Shown here: positions 47,268 to 55,940 of the stretch, one piece after another
Numbering within the stretch: position 1 is the stretch's first letter
Layout of the letters: each line of letters opens with the position of its first letter
Origin: a bacterium
GTDB taxonomy: Bacteria > Patescibacteriota > Patescibacteriia > UBA10025
Assembly (NCBI GenBank): GCA_021815445.1
Contig: JAKAGM010000001.1
Location: 235,527 to 299,526, forward strand
Reading direction: 5' to 3'
DNA: 64,000 nt
Made by a program: the position numbers and the translations under genes
The notes under the pieces: generated by a model
Databases searched by the model: none
What the model was told of the DNA's origin: nothing
The model's input: the letters and a program-made list of their open reading frames with translations, nothing else

Positions 47268-48392
47268 TTATTCGGCAAGTAAATTAACCAATGGCGCTAT
47301 TTCATTTTTCCACGTCATCGTGGAAACCCTTATAAAGCCGCGCTCTCCTAATGCCCGCGATTCGTCTGGATCGGCGAGAAGATTAGTAATGGCTTGCGCT
47401 AAAGCGCCGGAGTTGTTTTGTTCTACAATGGTGGCACAACCCGTCCCCCCTGCTCCTTCGTCCGCACCCCCGCTCCTGGAGGCAATGACGGGCTTCCGAT
47501 GCGCCTGCGCCTCCAGATAAACTATTCCGAATCCCTCGATATCGTGCTCATCGACATCGTTTGTCGGAGTGAGCGCAAATACATCACATGATTCATAAAG
47601 ACAGTGGAGGGTAAGGTCATCCACCTCGCCTGTCATGACCACAGATGAGGATACTCCTTCATTGGCTGCGATTTTTTTGATGTTCTCCTGTTCGGGACCG
47701 TCGCCGACTATTACGTACACCGCGTTTGGAAATCGTTTAAGTACTTGTTTCATCGCGTGCACAACTACGGCGTGTCCTTTTCGAGGTACGAGGCGGGCTA
47801 CTGTGAGAATGACTGGCTTACCCTGAGGTATATAGCGGTTTTTAACAGCGTCAATATTCCCTTGGTTGATACGGGGCAAACTTTTTAATTCAACTACAGG
47901 GTGGATAAAGTCAATTTTACTATCAGGCACATTCAGCTCCATAATTTTATCCTTCGTATACGAGCTGATGGTAAAGATTTTATCTGCAGTCGCAAGAATT
48001 CTTTTTAGGAGTGCGGTTTTTCTGAAGGACAACCGGGGTAAAGTGATGTCCATCCCATACGTGAAAACGGCGTACGGTACACCCCAAAAGGCATATAAAA
48101 TTTTTGCTACCATCCCCAGAGGAAGAACCTCGCCGACAAGTAGAGTATCAAACCGGCCGAGAGCATACATACGCCGGAGCGTGTTAACCAACGGCAGCCA
48201 TCGCGGCCAGAAAAATCGCGAATAAAATTTTACTTGAAGCGTATTGATATTATTGCCGATATACGCCTCTCCGAATGGGGTCACGACAGTGATCTGGCTT
48301 TTGGGCAAATGCCCGCATATTTCATAAAGATACCGCTGTACGCCTCCATTTGCAGGGGGGAATTCAAGCGTAATAAGTAACGCGCGCTTCAT
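47268..48392 (-). CDS. GT4 family glycosyltransferase
   Basis: FPP..GGV, RLVPRKG, EGFGIVYLEA. Confidence 0.92.
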   Translation of the reverse strand: MKRALLITLEFPPANGGVQRYLYEICGHLPKSQITVVTPFGEAYIGNNINTLQVKFYSRFFWPRWLPLVNTLRRMYALGRFDTLLVGEVLPLGMVAKILYAFWGVPYAVFTYGMDITLPRLSFRKTALLKRILATADKIFTISSYTKDKIMELNVPDSKIDFIHPVVELKSLPRINQGNIDAVKNRYIPQGKPVILTVARLVPRKGHAVVVHAMKQVLKRFPNAVYVIVGDGPEQENIKKIAANEGVSSSVVMTGEVDDLTLHCLYESCDVFALTPTNDVDEHDIEGFGIVYLEAQAHRKPVIASRSGGADEGAGGTGCATIVEQNNSGALAQAITNLLADPDESRALGERGFIRVSTMTWKNEIAPLVNLLAE

Positions 48393-49918
48393 GATACTTT
48401 TTTTGCAAGCGAGTGGTAGAGTGAGCGAATTTCCTGGATCGAAATGGCTTTGAGCCCCACTGATAAACCTCCGTAAATTGAAGCGCCTATAACGCCCAAA
48501 AGTCCGTAATAGAGGAGAATCTGAATGTAACTTCCAAAGTTCTTAATATACGGGGTGACGTTAAATGTAATGTGCGGAGCAATCATATAGAGAATACCCG
48601 ACATGATCAGCGAGCAAAAGATTGATTTTAACAAAAGATTTAAAAGATGCTTCATCCTATATGGAACAACCTTAGCCGCCTGGTACATGCCGAGGGAGAA
48701 AAGCAAAAGCATCGAAATGAGGGTGGAGACTGCAGCGCCGATAAATGTAAACCGAGGGATAAGGAGGATGTCGAGGATGATGTTCACAGTTACTGTGATG
48801 CCCATGTTTATCGTATTCTTAGTCTGCCTGTTGGTAGCATTGAGAAGGGCGCCGACAGGATAATTAAGAAATACCGCAAAAAGCCCCAGTATCATGATAC
48901 GAAGCGGGGTGACAGAAGGATTGAACACCGACGTATAAAGCTGTACAATGAGTCGATGTGACAGCGTGAAGACGGCCAGTGAGAGCGGGATGGCTATAAT
49001 AAGGAGATACTGCATTGATTTTTCAAAAGTTCGCGCGAGCTGTTCTTTCGATGTTACATATAATGCGCTCATAGCCGGGTATACGCTCGCGGCGAATGCG
49101 GAGGGAATAAACTCGAGCGCAAATGTCAATTTGTTGGCTGTAATATACCACCCTACATACTGCTTTCCCGCCAAGCTTAACAGCATATAACGATCGGTAT
49201 ACGTAAAAACTTTCGCTAAAATCGCAGCGAGTGCGAACGGCAGAGCCATTTTGAGAAAGGAGCCAATAATGCGCCTGTCCCACGAGGGCATGGGGTTAAT
49301 GCCCACCTTCCTTTTTAAGACAAAAAAAGCGAAGGTAAAATTAAATACGCTCCCTAAGAGCGTTGCGAGAAAAAGTCCCTTTAATCCGAACCCCATCAAC
49401 AGCGCCGCGCCGCCGGCAGAAATAGTCAGTACCTGGTTGATAATAATAGCTACCGACTCATACAGAAGGTTCTGAAGACCTCGAAAGACCGCAAAAAAGG
49501 TCAGGGTAAACGTGTCGAGGACAACAATCATTCCTACAATATACAAGAGCGTCCGAGTCACTGAATCAAAATTACCCAAAGTCGTGGCGAGCCCTGCTAT
49601 AAACATGACAACTAATCCGAAGAGAATCTTGATCCCCAGGATATTACTGACATATTCTTTTTTTCTTTCTGGGGCACGGGCGATTTCTCGCGTCACTACG
49701 GCGCTCAAGCTAAAATCTATAAGTATCAGCGTTATTGGTATGAGGGACTTGATGGGATCATAGAGTCCCAGGTCGACGGGACCTACGCGCCGCGCAATGA
49801 AAATGAAATACAGAAAAGAAATGACCTTCTGTACAACAAACGCTCCAGTGAGAAAAGATGTATTCTTAAGTATCTTCTCCTGGCTGTCACCATTATCATT
49901 TACCTTTATGCTCGGCAC
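48389..49918 (-). CDS. Wzx-type polysaccharide flippase
   Basis: KN...L, REIAR, D.YML, VG.Y..A, LIP.F...GAA; about 14 TM segments. Confidence 0.9.
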   Translation of the reverse strand: MPSIKVNDNGDSQEKILKNTSFLTGAFVVQKVISFLYFIFIARRVGPVDLGLYDPIKSLIPITLILIDFSLSAVVTREIARAPERKKEYVSNILGIKILFGLVVMFIAGLATTLGNFDSVTRTLLYIVGMIVVLDTFTLTFFAVFRGLQNLLYESVAIIINQVLTISAGGAALLMGFGLKGLFLATLLGSVFNFTFAFFVLKRKVGINPMPSWDRRIIGSFLKMALPFALAAILAKVFTYTDRYMLLSLAGKQYVGWYITANKLTFALEFIPSAFAASVYPAMSALYVTSKEQLARTFEKSMQYLLIIAIPLSLAVFTLSHRLIVQLYTSVFNPSVTPLRIMILGLFAVFLNYPVGALLNATNRQTKNTINMGITVTVNIILDILLIPRFTFIGAAVSTLISMLLLFSLGMYQAAKVVPYRMKHLLNLLLKSIFCSLIMSGILYMIAPHITFNVTPYIKNFGSYIQILLYYGLLGVIGASIYGGLSVGLKAISIQEIRSLYHSLAKKVS

Positions 49919-49936
49919 AGGACGATAGGCAACAAA

Positions 49937-50464
49937 TTACCTCTTTTGCCACTGAGGCGCGCGTCTTGCGCGTCGTAATCCGTATTTCTTCCTTTCCTTC
50001 ATTCGTGAGTCTCTAGTGAGAAACCCGACCTTCTTCAAAGCTGGACGGAAGCCGTTGTCAATTTGAATAAGGACTCTTGATACTCCCAATCTGATACTTT
50101 CAGCCTGACTTCGTTTCCCACCGCCAGTAACCCTGACGGCGATACTCCCCTTTAACGTAGCGCCAAGCTGTGTTACGGGACTTTGCACGATCATCTGGAG
50201 AACCCGGGAAGGAAAATACACTTGGAGAGGTTTATTATTAATCACAAGCTCCCCCCCTTGCGTAGGAATGTATCGAACCCGTGCGATTGAGGTTTTACGT
50301 CTGCCAACAGCGTACAGATACGCAGGCCGTTCCTTCACAGTCTCCTTTTTTGGCTCTTGCGGAACTTGGGGGATTTTTTCTGCTGTCTTGGGTTTGCGTT
50401 TCGCCGCAGCCTTCTTTTTTGACTTAATGACCGGCTTGGGTTTCTTCTTTTCTGGAGGTGTCAT
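49937..50464 (-). CDS. rpsI: 30S ribosomal protein S9 with Lys/Pro-rich N-terminal extension
   Basis: GRRKT..ARV, LTRD.R.KERKKYG, APQWQKR. Confidence 0.97.
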   Translation of the reverse strand: MTPPEKKKPKPVIKSKKKAAAKRKPKTAEKIPQVPQEPKKETVKERPAYLYAVGRRKTSIARVRYIPTQGGELVINNKPLQVYFPSRVLQMIVQSPVTQLGATLKGSIAVRVTGGGKRSQAESIRLGVSRVLIQIDNGFRPALKKVGFLTRDSRMKERKKYGLRRARRAPQWQKR

Positions 50465-50823
50465 ACTATTATAAGATGCTTAAGCAGAACATTCCGAAGT
50501 TTATTTTGAGGAAGCATATGAAACACAGCTTTTCGAAAAGTTTGTTCTGGATTTTTTTCAAATTTTTCCCGAAACGTCATTTCTTTAAGACCGCCGGGCC
50601 TCATAGTTGACCATTTGTATACTTTCTGCTCAATGAGTGGCCGTGTAAGATGAATTTGGCGGATGTTCTGAACCTTTACAATAACTTCCGCGGGGGTATG
50701 GCGTTTGTATGGGGCGAGATGCTTACCTTGGAGATACCCGGCAACCACAGATGCCAATCTACCGAACGACCCGTCTTTTGCTTCAACGATAACCGTTTCG
50801 ATTTTTTTTGCTTTAGGCGCCAT
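50461..50823 (-). CDS. rplM: 50S ribosomal protein L13 (short, divergent)
   Basis: GRLAS.VA..L.GKH, PGGLKE, V..MLP.N; immediately upstream of rpsI. Confidence 0.9.
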   Translation of the reverse strand: MAPKAKKIETVIVEAKDGSFGRLASVVAGYLQGKHLAPYKRHTPAEVIVKVQNIRQIHLTRPLIEQKVYKWSTMRPGGLKEMTFREKFEKNPEQTFRKAVFHMLPQNKLRNVLLKHLIIV

Positions 50824-50825
50824 AT

Positions 50826-51176
50826 TTATATCAATTCTATGCGGACCATTGAGGCCCTATCGCCTTGCCTTGAGTTGATCTTATATCTTCGCGTATAGCC
50901 TCCATGCCTTTCCTTGTAACGGGGAGCTATTTTTTCAATTATACGGTTGGCGACATCTACTGACCCCGTCCTCTGGATAATCATTCTTCGGTGATGCAAG
51001 GATTGATCCTTGGCGAGAGTGATAAGACGCTCCGTAACGCTTCGGACTGCTCTTCCCCTAGCATCGGTCGTATCGATTTTACCGTGAATGATAAATGCGC
51101 GTACTAAAGATCGTATTAGCGCAATTCGCGGTGCACGTTTTCTGTCAAGTATTATCTGTTTCTTTCTATGTCGCAT
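50826..51176 (-). CDS. rplQ: 50S ribosomal protein L17
   Basis: MRHR, I.TT, R.GGYTR, R.GD.A. Confidence 0.97.
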   Translation of the reverse strand: MRHRKKQIILDRKRAPRIALIRSLVRAFIIHGKIDTTDARGRAVRSVTERLITLAKDQSLHHRRMIIQRTGSVDVANRIIEKIAPRYKERHGGYTRRYKINSRQGDRASMVRIELI

Positions 51177-51190
51177 ACCGGCTTCAGGAC

Positions 51191-52003
51191 TTATTTTTCT
51201 TTTTTACTTTTAGTTGCCTTCTTTTTTTCCTTCTTCGGTTCTGAAGAATCCTGTGCTTTTACTTTAACTTTATCAGCGGGCTGGTCGGCCTCATCAATTT
51301 TTTTATTCGCCGGCTCATTCATGCTGGTTGAAATAAACTGAAAATGCTCCACTAGGATCTGTGCCGATTGCTGCAATGCTTCAAGGGGCGTAATGGATCC
51401 GTCTGTCGTAACCATCATCGTCAACTTATCATAGTTGGTCATTTGCCCGACACGGACGTTCTCAACTGAAAAGTTTGCGTTTCGGACTGGCGAGTAGATC
51501 GCATCAAGAGAGATTGTACCATGTTCATAGGAGCGCTTTTCAGCTGCCTCAATTGGCACATACCCTCTTCCCTCTTCAATAACTATCTCCATTTCGAGTT
51601 CAGCTGTTTTGTCCGTAAGAGTTGCTATCCGAAGCGCAGGGGTCGTTACCTCCACATCACTGGGACAGTTTATATCCTTGCCTGTAACAGTTTTTTCACC
51701 TTTTACTTTTAATGTTACTTTCGATTGGGCGACATTATGCAGTTTGAAACGTAGACTTTTGACGTTTAAAATGATCTCCACAATATCCTCCTTAACCCCT
51801 GGCAATGTGGAAAACTCATGAGTAACACCTTTAATTTTTACCGAGGTGGCAGCTGCTCCCGGCAGTGAAGACAGCAGTACACGGCGAAGGGCATTACCCA
51901 GAGTAGTTCCGTACCCGGGAGCGCAAGGTTCTATAATAATCAGGGCCTGATTCTTGTCCTTCGATTGTTTCTCTACTCTTGTTGGCAGTGGCAATGGTTG
52001 CAT
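51191..52003 (-). CDS. rpoA: RNA polymerase alpha subunit, N-terminal domain only (no alpha-CTD)
   Basis: GYGTTLGNALRRVLLSS.PG, HEFST.PGV.ED, GRGYVP, DA.YSPV; ends in a Lys/Glu-rich tail at 270 aa. Confidence 0.96.
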   Translation of the reverse strand: MQPLPLPTRVEKQSKDKNQALIIIEPCAPGYGTTLGNALRRVLLSSLPGAAATSVKIKGVTHEFSTLPGVKEDIVEIILNVKSLRFKLHNVAQSKVTLKVKGEKTVTGKDINCPSDVEVTTPALRIATLTDKTAELEMEIVIEEGRGYVPIEAAEKRSYEHGTISLDAIYSPVRNANFSVENVRVGQMTNYDKLTMMVTTDGSITPLEALQQSAQILVEHFQFISTSMNEPANKKIDEADQPADKVKVKAQDSSEPKKEKKKATKSKKEK

Positions 52004-52022
52004 ATGGGTGGGTTAATTTTTT

Positions 52023-52637
52023 TTACCGCGAATAATACTCAACAATAAGTGCGGGGTCAACTCCGACAGCAAGTTCGTTCTCTTCCGGCTGCCCAGTAAC
52101 CTCAATGCCGATCCTGTCAGCGTTGCGTAAAGTTATCCATGACGGGGGTTTATGTTTTGTAAGTCTTTTCTTGACATCCCGTATCATGAGCATATTCTCA
52201 CTTTTTTCGAGGAGCCGGATAGTATCACCTTTTTTACATTGATATGACGGTATATTAGTCTTTCTGCCATTAATGGTTACATGGCCGTGCGAAACGAGCT
52301 GGCGAGCCGACCTTCTAGTGGGACAAAGTCCGGATCTGTATAAAACATTATCAAGGCGCATTTCAAGCAGTCGAAATAAATTCTCCCCCGTATCGCCGGT
52401 CTGAGCGGTGGCATGTTTGTAGTAATTGACAAATTGCCTCTCCAAAACTCCATAAATAAACTTTGCTTTCTGCTTCTCTGAGAGCTGAAGACCGTATTCA
52501 GTGCTGCGCGAAGCCCCCTTGGGTCCATGCTGACCGGGTTTGTACGGCCGCCGCGTGATTGGGCATTTGAGCGAATCGCAAAGCTTGATCCCAAATCGTC
52601 GGCACAGCTTGTGTTTTGGTCCTAGATATCTAGCCAT
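52023..52637 (-). CDS. rpsD: 30S ribosomal protein S4
   Basis: MARY.GP, PGQHG, LE.RLDN, RQLVSHGH, VEYYSR. Confidence 0.97.
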   Translation of the reverse strand: MARYLGPKHKLCRRFGIKLCDSLKCPITRRPYKPGQHGPKGASRSTEYGLQLSEKQKAKFIYGVLERQFVNYYKHATAQTGDTGENLFRLLEMRLDNVLYRSGLCPTRRSARQLVSHGHVTINGRKTNIPSYQCKKGDTIRLLEKSENMLMIRDVKKRLTKHKPPSWITLRNADRIGIEVTGQPEENELAVGVDPALIVEYYSR

Positions 52638-52640
52638 AAT

Positions 52641-53051
52641 TTAAACGCGTCGGACTTTAGGCGGACGGCACCCGTTATGGGGAATCGGGGTAATGTCCTT
52701 AATTGAGAGGATCGTGAGTCCCTGCGTGCCAAGCGCGCGTATTGCAGATTCTCTGCCGCTGCCGACTCCTTTGACAAATACATCTATCTGCTGGAGACCG
52801 GTGTCCTGGACCTTCGATAGAGCATCTTTTACTGTTAAACTCGCTGCATAGGGCGTTGACTTTTTCGGCCCTTTAAAGCCGATATGGCCTGCGGATGACC
52901 AACCGAGCACATTTCCTGACTGATCAGTAATGCTTATCATCGTATTGTTATACGTTGCTTGCACGTAAGCGCGACCCATAAGCACTGAGCGCTTTTTCCT
53001 TCTCCGCGACGGCTGAGGTGCAGCTGGTTGTTGTGGTGTGGGAGTGGCCAT
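52641..53051 (-). CDS. rpsK: 30S ribosomal protein S11
   Basis: TYNNT, KSTPYAA, G.GRES, D.TP.PHNGCRPPK. Confidence 0.97.
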   Translation of the reverse strand: MATPTPQQPAAPQPSRRRKKRSVLMGRAYVQATYNNTMISITDQSGNVLGWSSAGHIGFKGPKKSTPYAASLTVKDALSKVQDTGLQQIDVFVKGVGSGRESAIRALGTQGLTILSIKDITPIPHNGCRPPKVRRV

Positions 53052-53054
53052 AGG

Positions 53055-53447
53055 TTATGTTTTTTCGGCAGAGGCTTTCCTGCCGCTTCCCATAGTTCGA
53101 CGCACATTGCCCCGAACCGTTCGTGAATTTGTTCGTGTCCGCTGACCGCGCACGGGCAGTCCCCTAATATGGCGCAGACCTCGGTAACTGCCTATCTCCT
53201 TTAGCCGCTTAATATTACTTATGACCTCTCTTTTTAAGTCACCCTCAACACTGTAATCCTTTTCAATTATATCCCGCAGGCGCGCCACTTCCGCTTCAGT
53301 GAGACTTTGGGACCTGGTATTGAGATCAATGTTCGCTGACTGCAGGATTCTGCGTGAAAGCGCCTGCCCAATTCCAAAAATGTAGGTTAATGCGACCTCG
53401 ATTCGCTTGTTCTGTGGGAGTGTAATGCCTGCGATTCTTGTTGCCAT
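53055..53447 (-). CDS. rpsM: 30S ribosomal protein S13
   Basis: [25 protein letters not shown]. Confidence 0.97.
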   Translation of the reverse strand: MATRIAGITLPQNKRIEVALTYIFGIGQALSRRILQSANIDLNTRSQSLTEAEVARLRDIIEKDYSVEGDLKREVISNIKRLKEIGSYRGLRHIRGLPVRGQRTRTNSRTVRGNVRRTMGSGRKASAEKT

Positions 53448-53455
53448 AAATATAT

Positions 53456-53569
53456 TTAACCTTGTCTCTGCTTGTGTTTAGGGTTTGAGCAGATAACGTA
53501 AATACGCTTCCCTCGACGGATTATTTTACAATTCTTGCATAATGCTTTGACTGACGCCCTGACTTTCAT
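53456..53569 (-). CDS. rpmJ: 50S ribosomal protein L36 (Zn-binding type), missing from the ORF track
   Basis: Hand translation: [37 protein letters not shown]. Confidence 0.97.
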   Translation of the reverse strand: MKVRASVKALCKNCKIIRRGKRIYVICSNPKHKQRQG

Positions 53570-53572
53570 ACT

Positions 53573-53863
53573 TTAATGTCGGTAAATGATGCGACCCTTA
53601 GTGAGATCGTAGGGGGTCATTTGAAGCGTGATGACATCGCCGGGGAGTATCCGTATCCGATACATTCTCATCTTGCCGGAAAGATGCGCGAGTACTTCGT
53701 GGCCATTCTCGAGTTTCACCCGGAACATTGCTGCAGGAAGCAGCTCCTCGACTGTCCCGTTCATTTCTATAAACTCACTTTTCTTTTTTTTATCAGAAAT
53801 CTCTTCGTGCAGTCTCTCCTGGTTTGTTTTGAGCTTTTTTCGTGACCTCCGCGTGACAATCAT
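53573..53863 (-). CDS. infA: Translation initiation factor IF-1 with basic N-terminal extension
   Basis: LP.A.FRV.LENG, SGKMR, PYDL.KGRI.YR. Confidence 0.95.
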   Translation of the reverse strand: MIVTRRSRKKLKTNQERLHEEISDKKKKSEFIEMNGTVEELLPAAMFRVKLENGHEVLAHLSGKMRMYRIRILPGDVITLQMTPYDLTKGRIIYRH

Positions 53864-54010
53864 ATGTTAATAAAAAATTCTTGTGGCTATCCGCAAGAAC
53901 AAAATATACTCAAACCGTTGGGTCGGGCTTAAAGAAGGACCCCCCTAAGGTCACTTTCTTCGCTAATTCTAGCCATGTTCTTGCTTCACCGAACCTTATG
54001 TTTTGTGTAC
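53864..54010 (-). ncRNA. Candidate structured leader RNA of the infA-alpha operon
   Basis: 9-bp closing stem GCAAGAACA/TGTTCTTGC enclosing three hairpins. Confidence 0.45.
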
Positions 54011-54015
54011 TGCAC

Positions 54016-54045
54016 ATTGTACCTGACGACGAGCTACGTTGTCAA
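54016..54045 (-). promoter_or_regulatory. Promoter of the infA-rpmJ-rpsMKD-rpoA-rplQ-rplM-rpsI operon
   Basis: TTGACA-18 nt-TACAAT. Confidence 0.75.
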
Positions 54046-54069
54046 GGACGGCTCCAGCAACAGAAATAT

Positions 54070-55899
54070 CTACGATGTGACAACGGCTTTGATTCTCCTG
54101 ACTCCGGCACTGGAGGACTTCTCTGAAATTATTTGAAACGCGCCGAGCTGGTTTGTATGTTGGACATGGGGTCCACCGCAAATTTCCCTGCTGAAATCCC
54201 CCACCGAGTAAACTGTGACTACAGGCGGGTACTTCTCACGAAAAAAAGACAATGCGCCGCTTTTTATTGCATCGTCGAGCGGCATTGATTGAGAAGTGAC
54301 GGGCAAATCTGACAAAATCACCTGATTCACCATTTCTTGCACCTTCGCGAGTTGCTCCTTGGTAAGCATGCTAGGATGCTCAAAGTCGAAGCGGAGTCTC
54401 TCTGAATTTATATCTGATCCTTGCTGGCGGACATGATCTCCAAGCACCGAGCGCAGGGCCTGATGGAGGAGATGAGTAGCGGTATGAAGCTTTGTCATAC
54501 TCCATCGGGCCTGCGGATCAAGATCCCGGGACGGAGCCCCTTGTAGCCCGTGGCCGCCAAATTTCTTTTCCGACATAGCACGCGACTTTTCCTGGTGGGC
54601 ACGAACCGCCTCATCAAACTCTGTTAATGAAAATTCATAGCCAGCGCGCTTTATGCGGTCAGGCGATATTCCGTACGTAGAGTAAAGAGTAAATGCATCT
54701 TGAGCTGATATGTCACGAACTGAAGGCCTGCCATGGCCAGGTTCAGAAGTTGTTTTTTTATGTTTTAAAAACTTCGATATGACTTCATCGACCTCAAGCG
54801 CAAGAATTTTTTTGTATGACTCATCCTCGCGTCGCACGGATGCACCGTAGACTTCAAGAGAGTTCGGCAGCTCAGGATAGAACGATTGATACATCAAAGC
54901 GACAGAGGTCAGCAATGCGTCAAATGAAAAATGAGGGAAAAGATATTGGTCTGATGCTCGCCGAAATATCCTCCGCAGGATATACCCCTGCTCTTTATTC
55001 GAGAAAGCGACTCCATCGGATAGTAAAAAAAGAACACCTTTTATATGGTCTGCCACTATCCTTTTCCTTTTCTCATCCTCATTCGGATTCAAAGATCCAA
55101 AATTCTTATCCGCACTGATATTGCGAAGCAGCTCCCGAAACAGATCAGTCTCAAAGACATTTGACACATTCTGTGAGACCATAGCCAGGCGCTCGATTCC
55201 CATTCCCGTATCGATATTTTTTGCCGGGAGACTCGTAAGAGTGCCCTTTTCCGATTGGTGAAACTCGGTAAATACGAGATTCCAGATTTCAACAAACCTC
55301 CCGCACGAACAGTTCGGCAAGCACAAGGATCCTTTCTCGCAGGGAATCTCCGTAAGGTCATAATGGATCTCCGCACACGGACCGCATGGGCCTGACGCAC
55401 CAGTTGGACCCCACCAATTATCCTCGCGACCAAATGACGCTATAGAGCTTTTTGGAAGATATGTACTGAGGAGTTGGAAGGCCTCAGTGTCAGGAGATGT
55501 ATCTTTATCACCTTTATAGTAGGTAGCAAATAACCTTTTTTTGTTCAGGTGAATCTCTTTGGTGAGAAACTCAAACGCAAATCCAATGGACTCTTTCTTG
55601 AAGTAGTCACCGACAGAAAAATTTCCGAGCATTTCAAAAAAAGTCAGATGAGTGGAGTCGCCGACTGATTCAATATCGGATGTCCTAAAAACACGCTGGA
55701 TGGAGACAAGGCGTTTTGCCCCGAAATCTTTGGCAGGGTCTTTGCTCCCGGAAAAATAGGGCTTCAATTGCTGCATCCCTGCAGATGTAAGGAGCACGCT
55801 CCTGTCATCTGCCGGCACCAGACTAGATGGCGGTATGACCCTGTGCTGTTGCTTCATGAAAAACGCGAGGAATTTTTTTCGTAGTTCTCCGGAAGTCAT
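54070..55899 (-). CDS. alaS: Alanine--tRNA ligase, short form without C-Ala domain
   Basis: AGMQ..KPYF, H.TFFEMLGNFS, EIWNLVF, IDTGMG.ERL; editing motifs HTATHLLH and ICGGPH; ends immediately after the editing domain. Confidence 0.95.
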   Translation of the reverse strand: MTSGELRKKFLAFFMKQQHRVIPPSSLVPADDRSVLLTSAGMQQLKPYFSGSKDPAKDFGAKRLVSIQRVFRTSDIESVGDSTHLTFFEMLGNFSVGDYFKKESIGFAFEFLTKEIHLNKKRLFATYYKGDKDTSPDTEAFQLLSTYLPKSSIASFGREDNWWGPTGASGPCGPCAEIHYDLTEIPCEKGSLCLPNCSCGRFVEIWNLVFTEFHQSEKGTLTSLPAKNIDTGMGIERLAMVSQNVSNVFETDLFRELLRNISADKNFGSLNPNEDEKRKRIVADHIKGVLFLLSDGVAFSNKEQGYILRRIFRRASDQYLFPHFSFDALLTSVALMYQSFYPELPNSLEVYGASVRREDESYKKILALEVDEVISKFLKHKKTTSEPGHGRPSVRDISAQDAFTLYSTYGISPDRIKRAGYEFSLTEFDEAVRAHQEKSRAMSEKKFGGHGLQGAPSRDLDPQARWSMTKLHTATHLLHQALRSVLGDHVRQQGSDINSERLRFDFEHPSMLTKEQLAKVQEMVNQVILSDLPVTSQSMPLDDAIKSGALSFFREKYPPVVTVYSVGDFSREICGGPHVQHTNQLGAFQIISEKSSSAGVRRIKAVVTS

Positions 55900-55940
55900 A
55901 GGTGTAGTGTAGCAGAAAAGCTCTGATAGCACTATTACCG

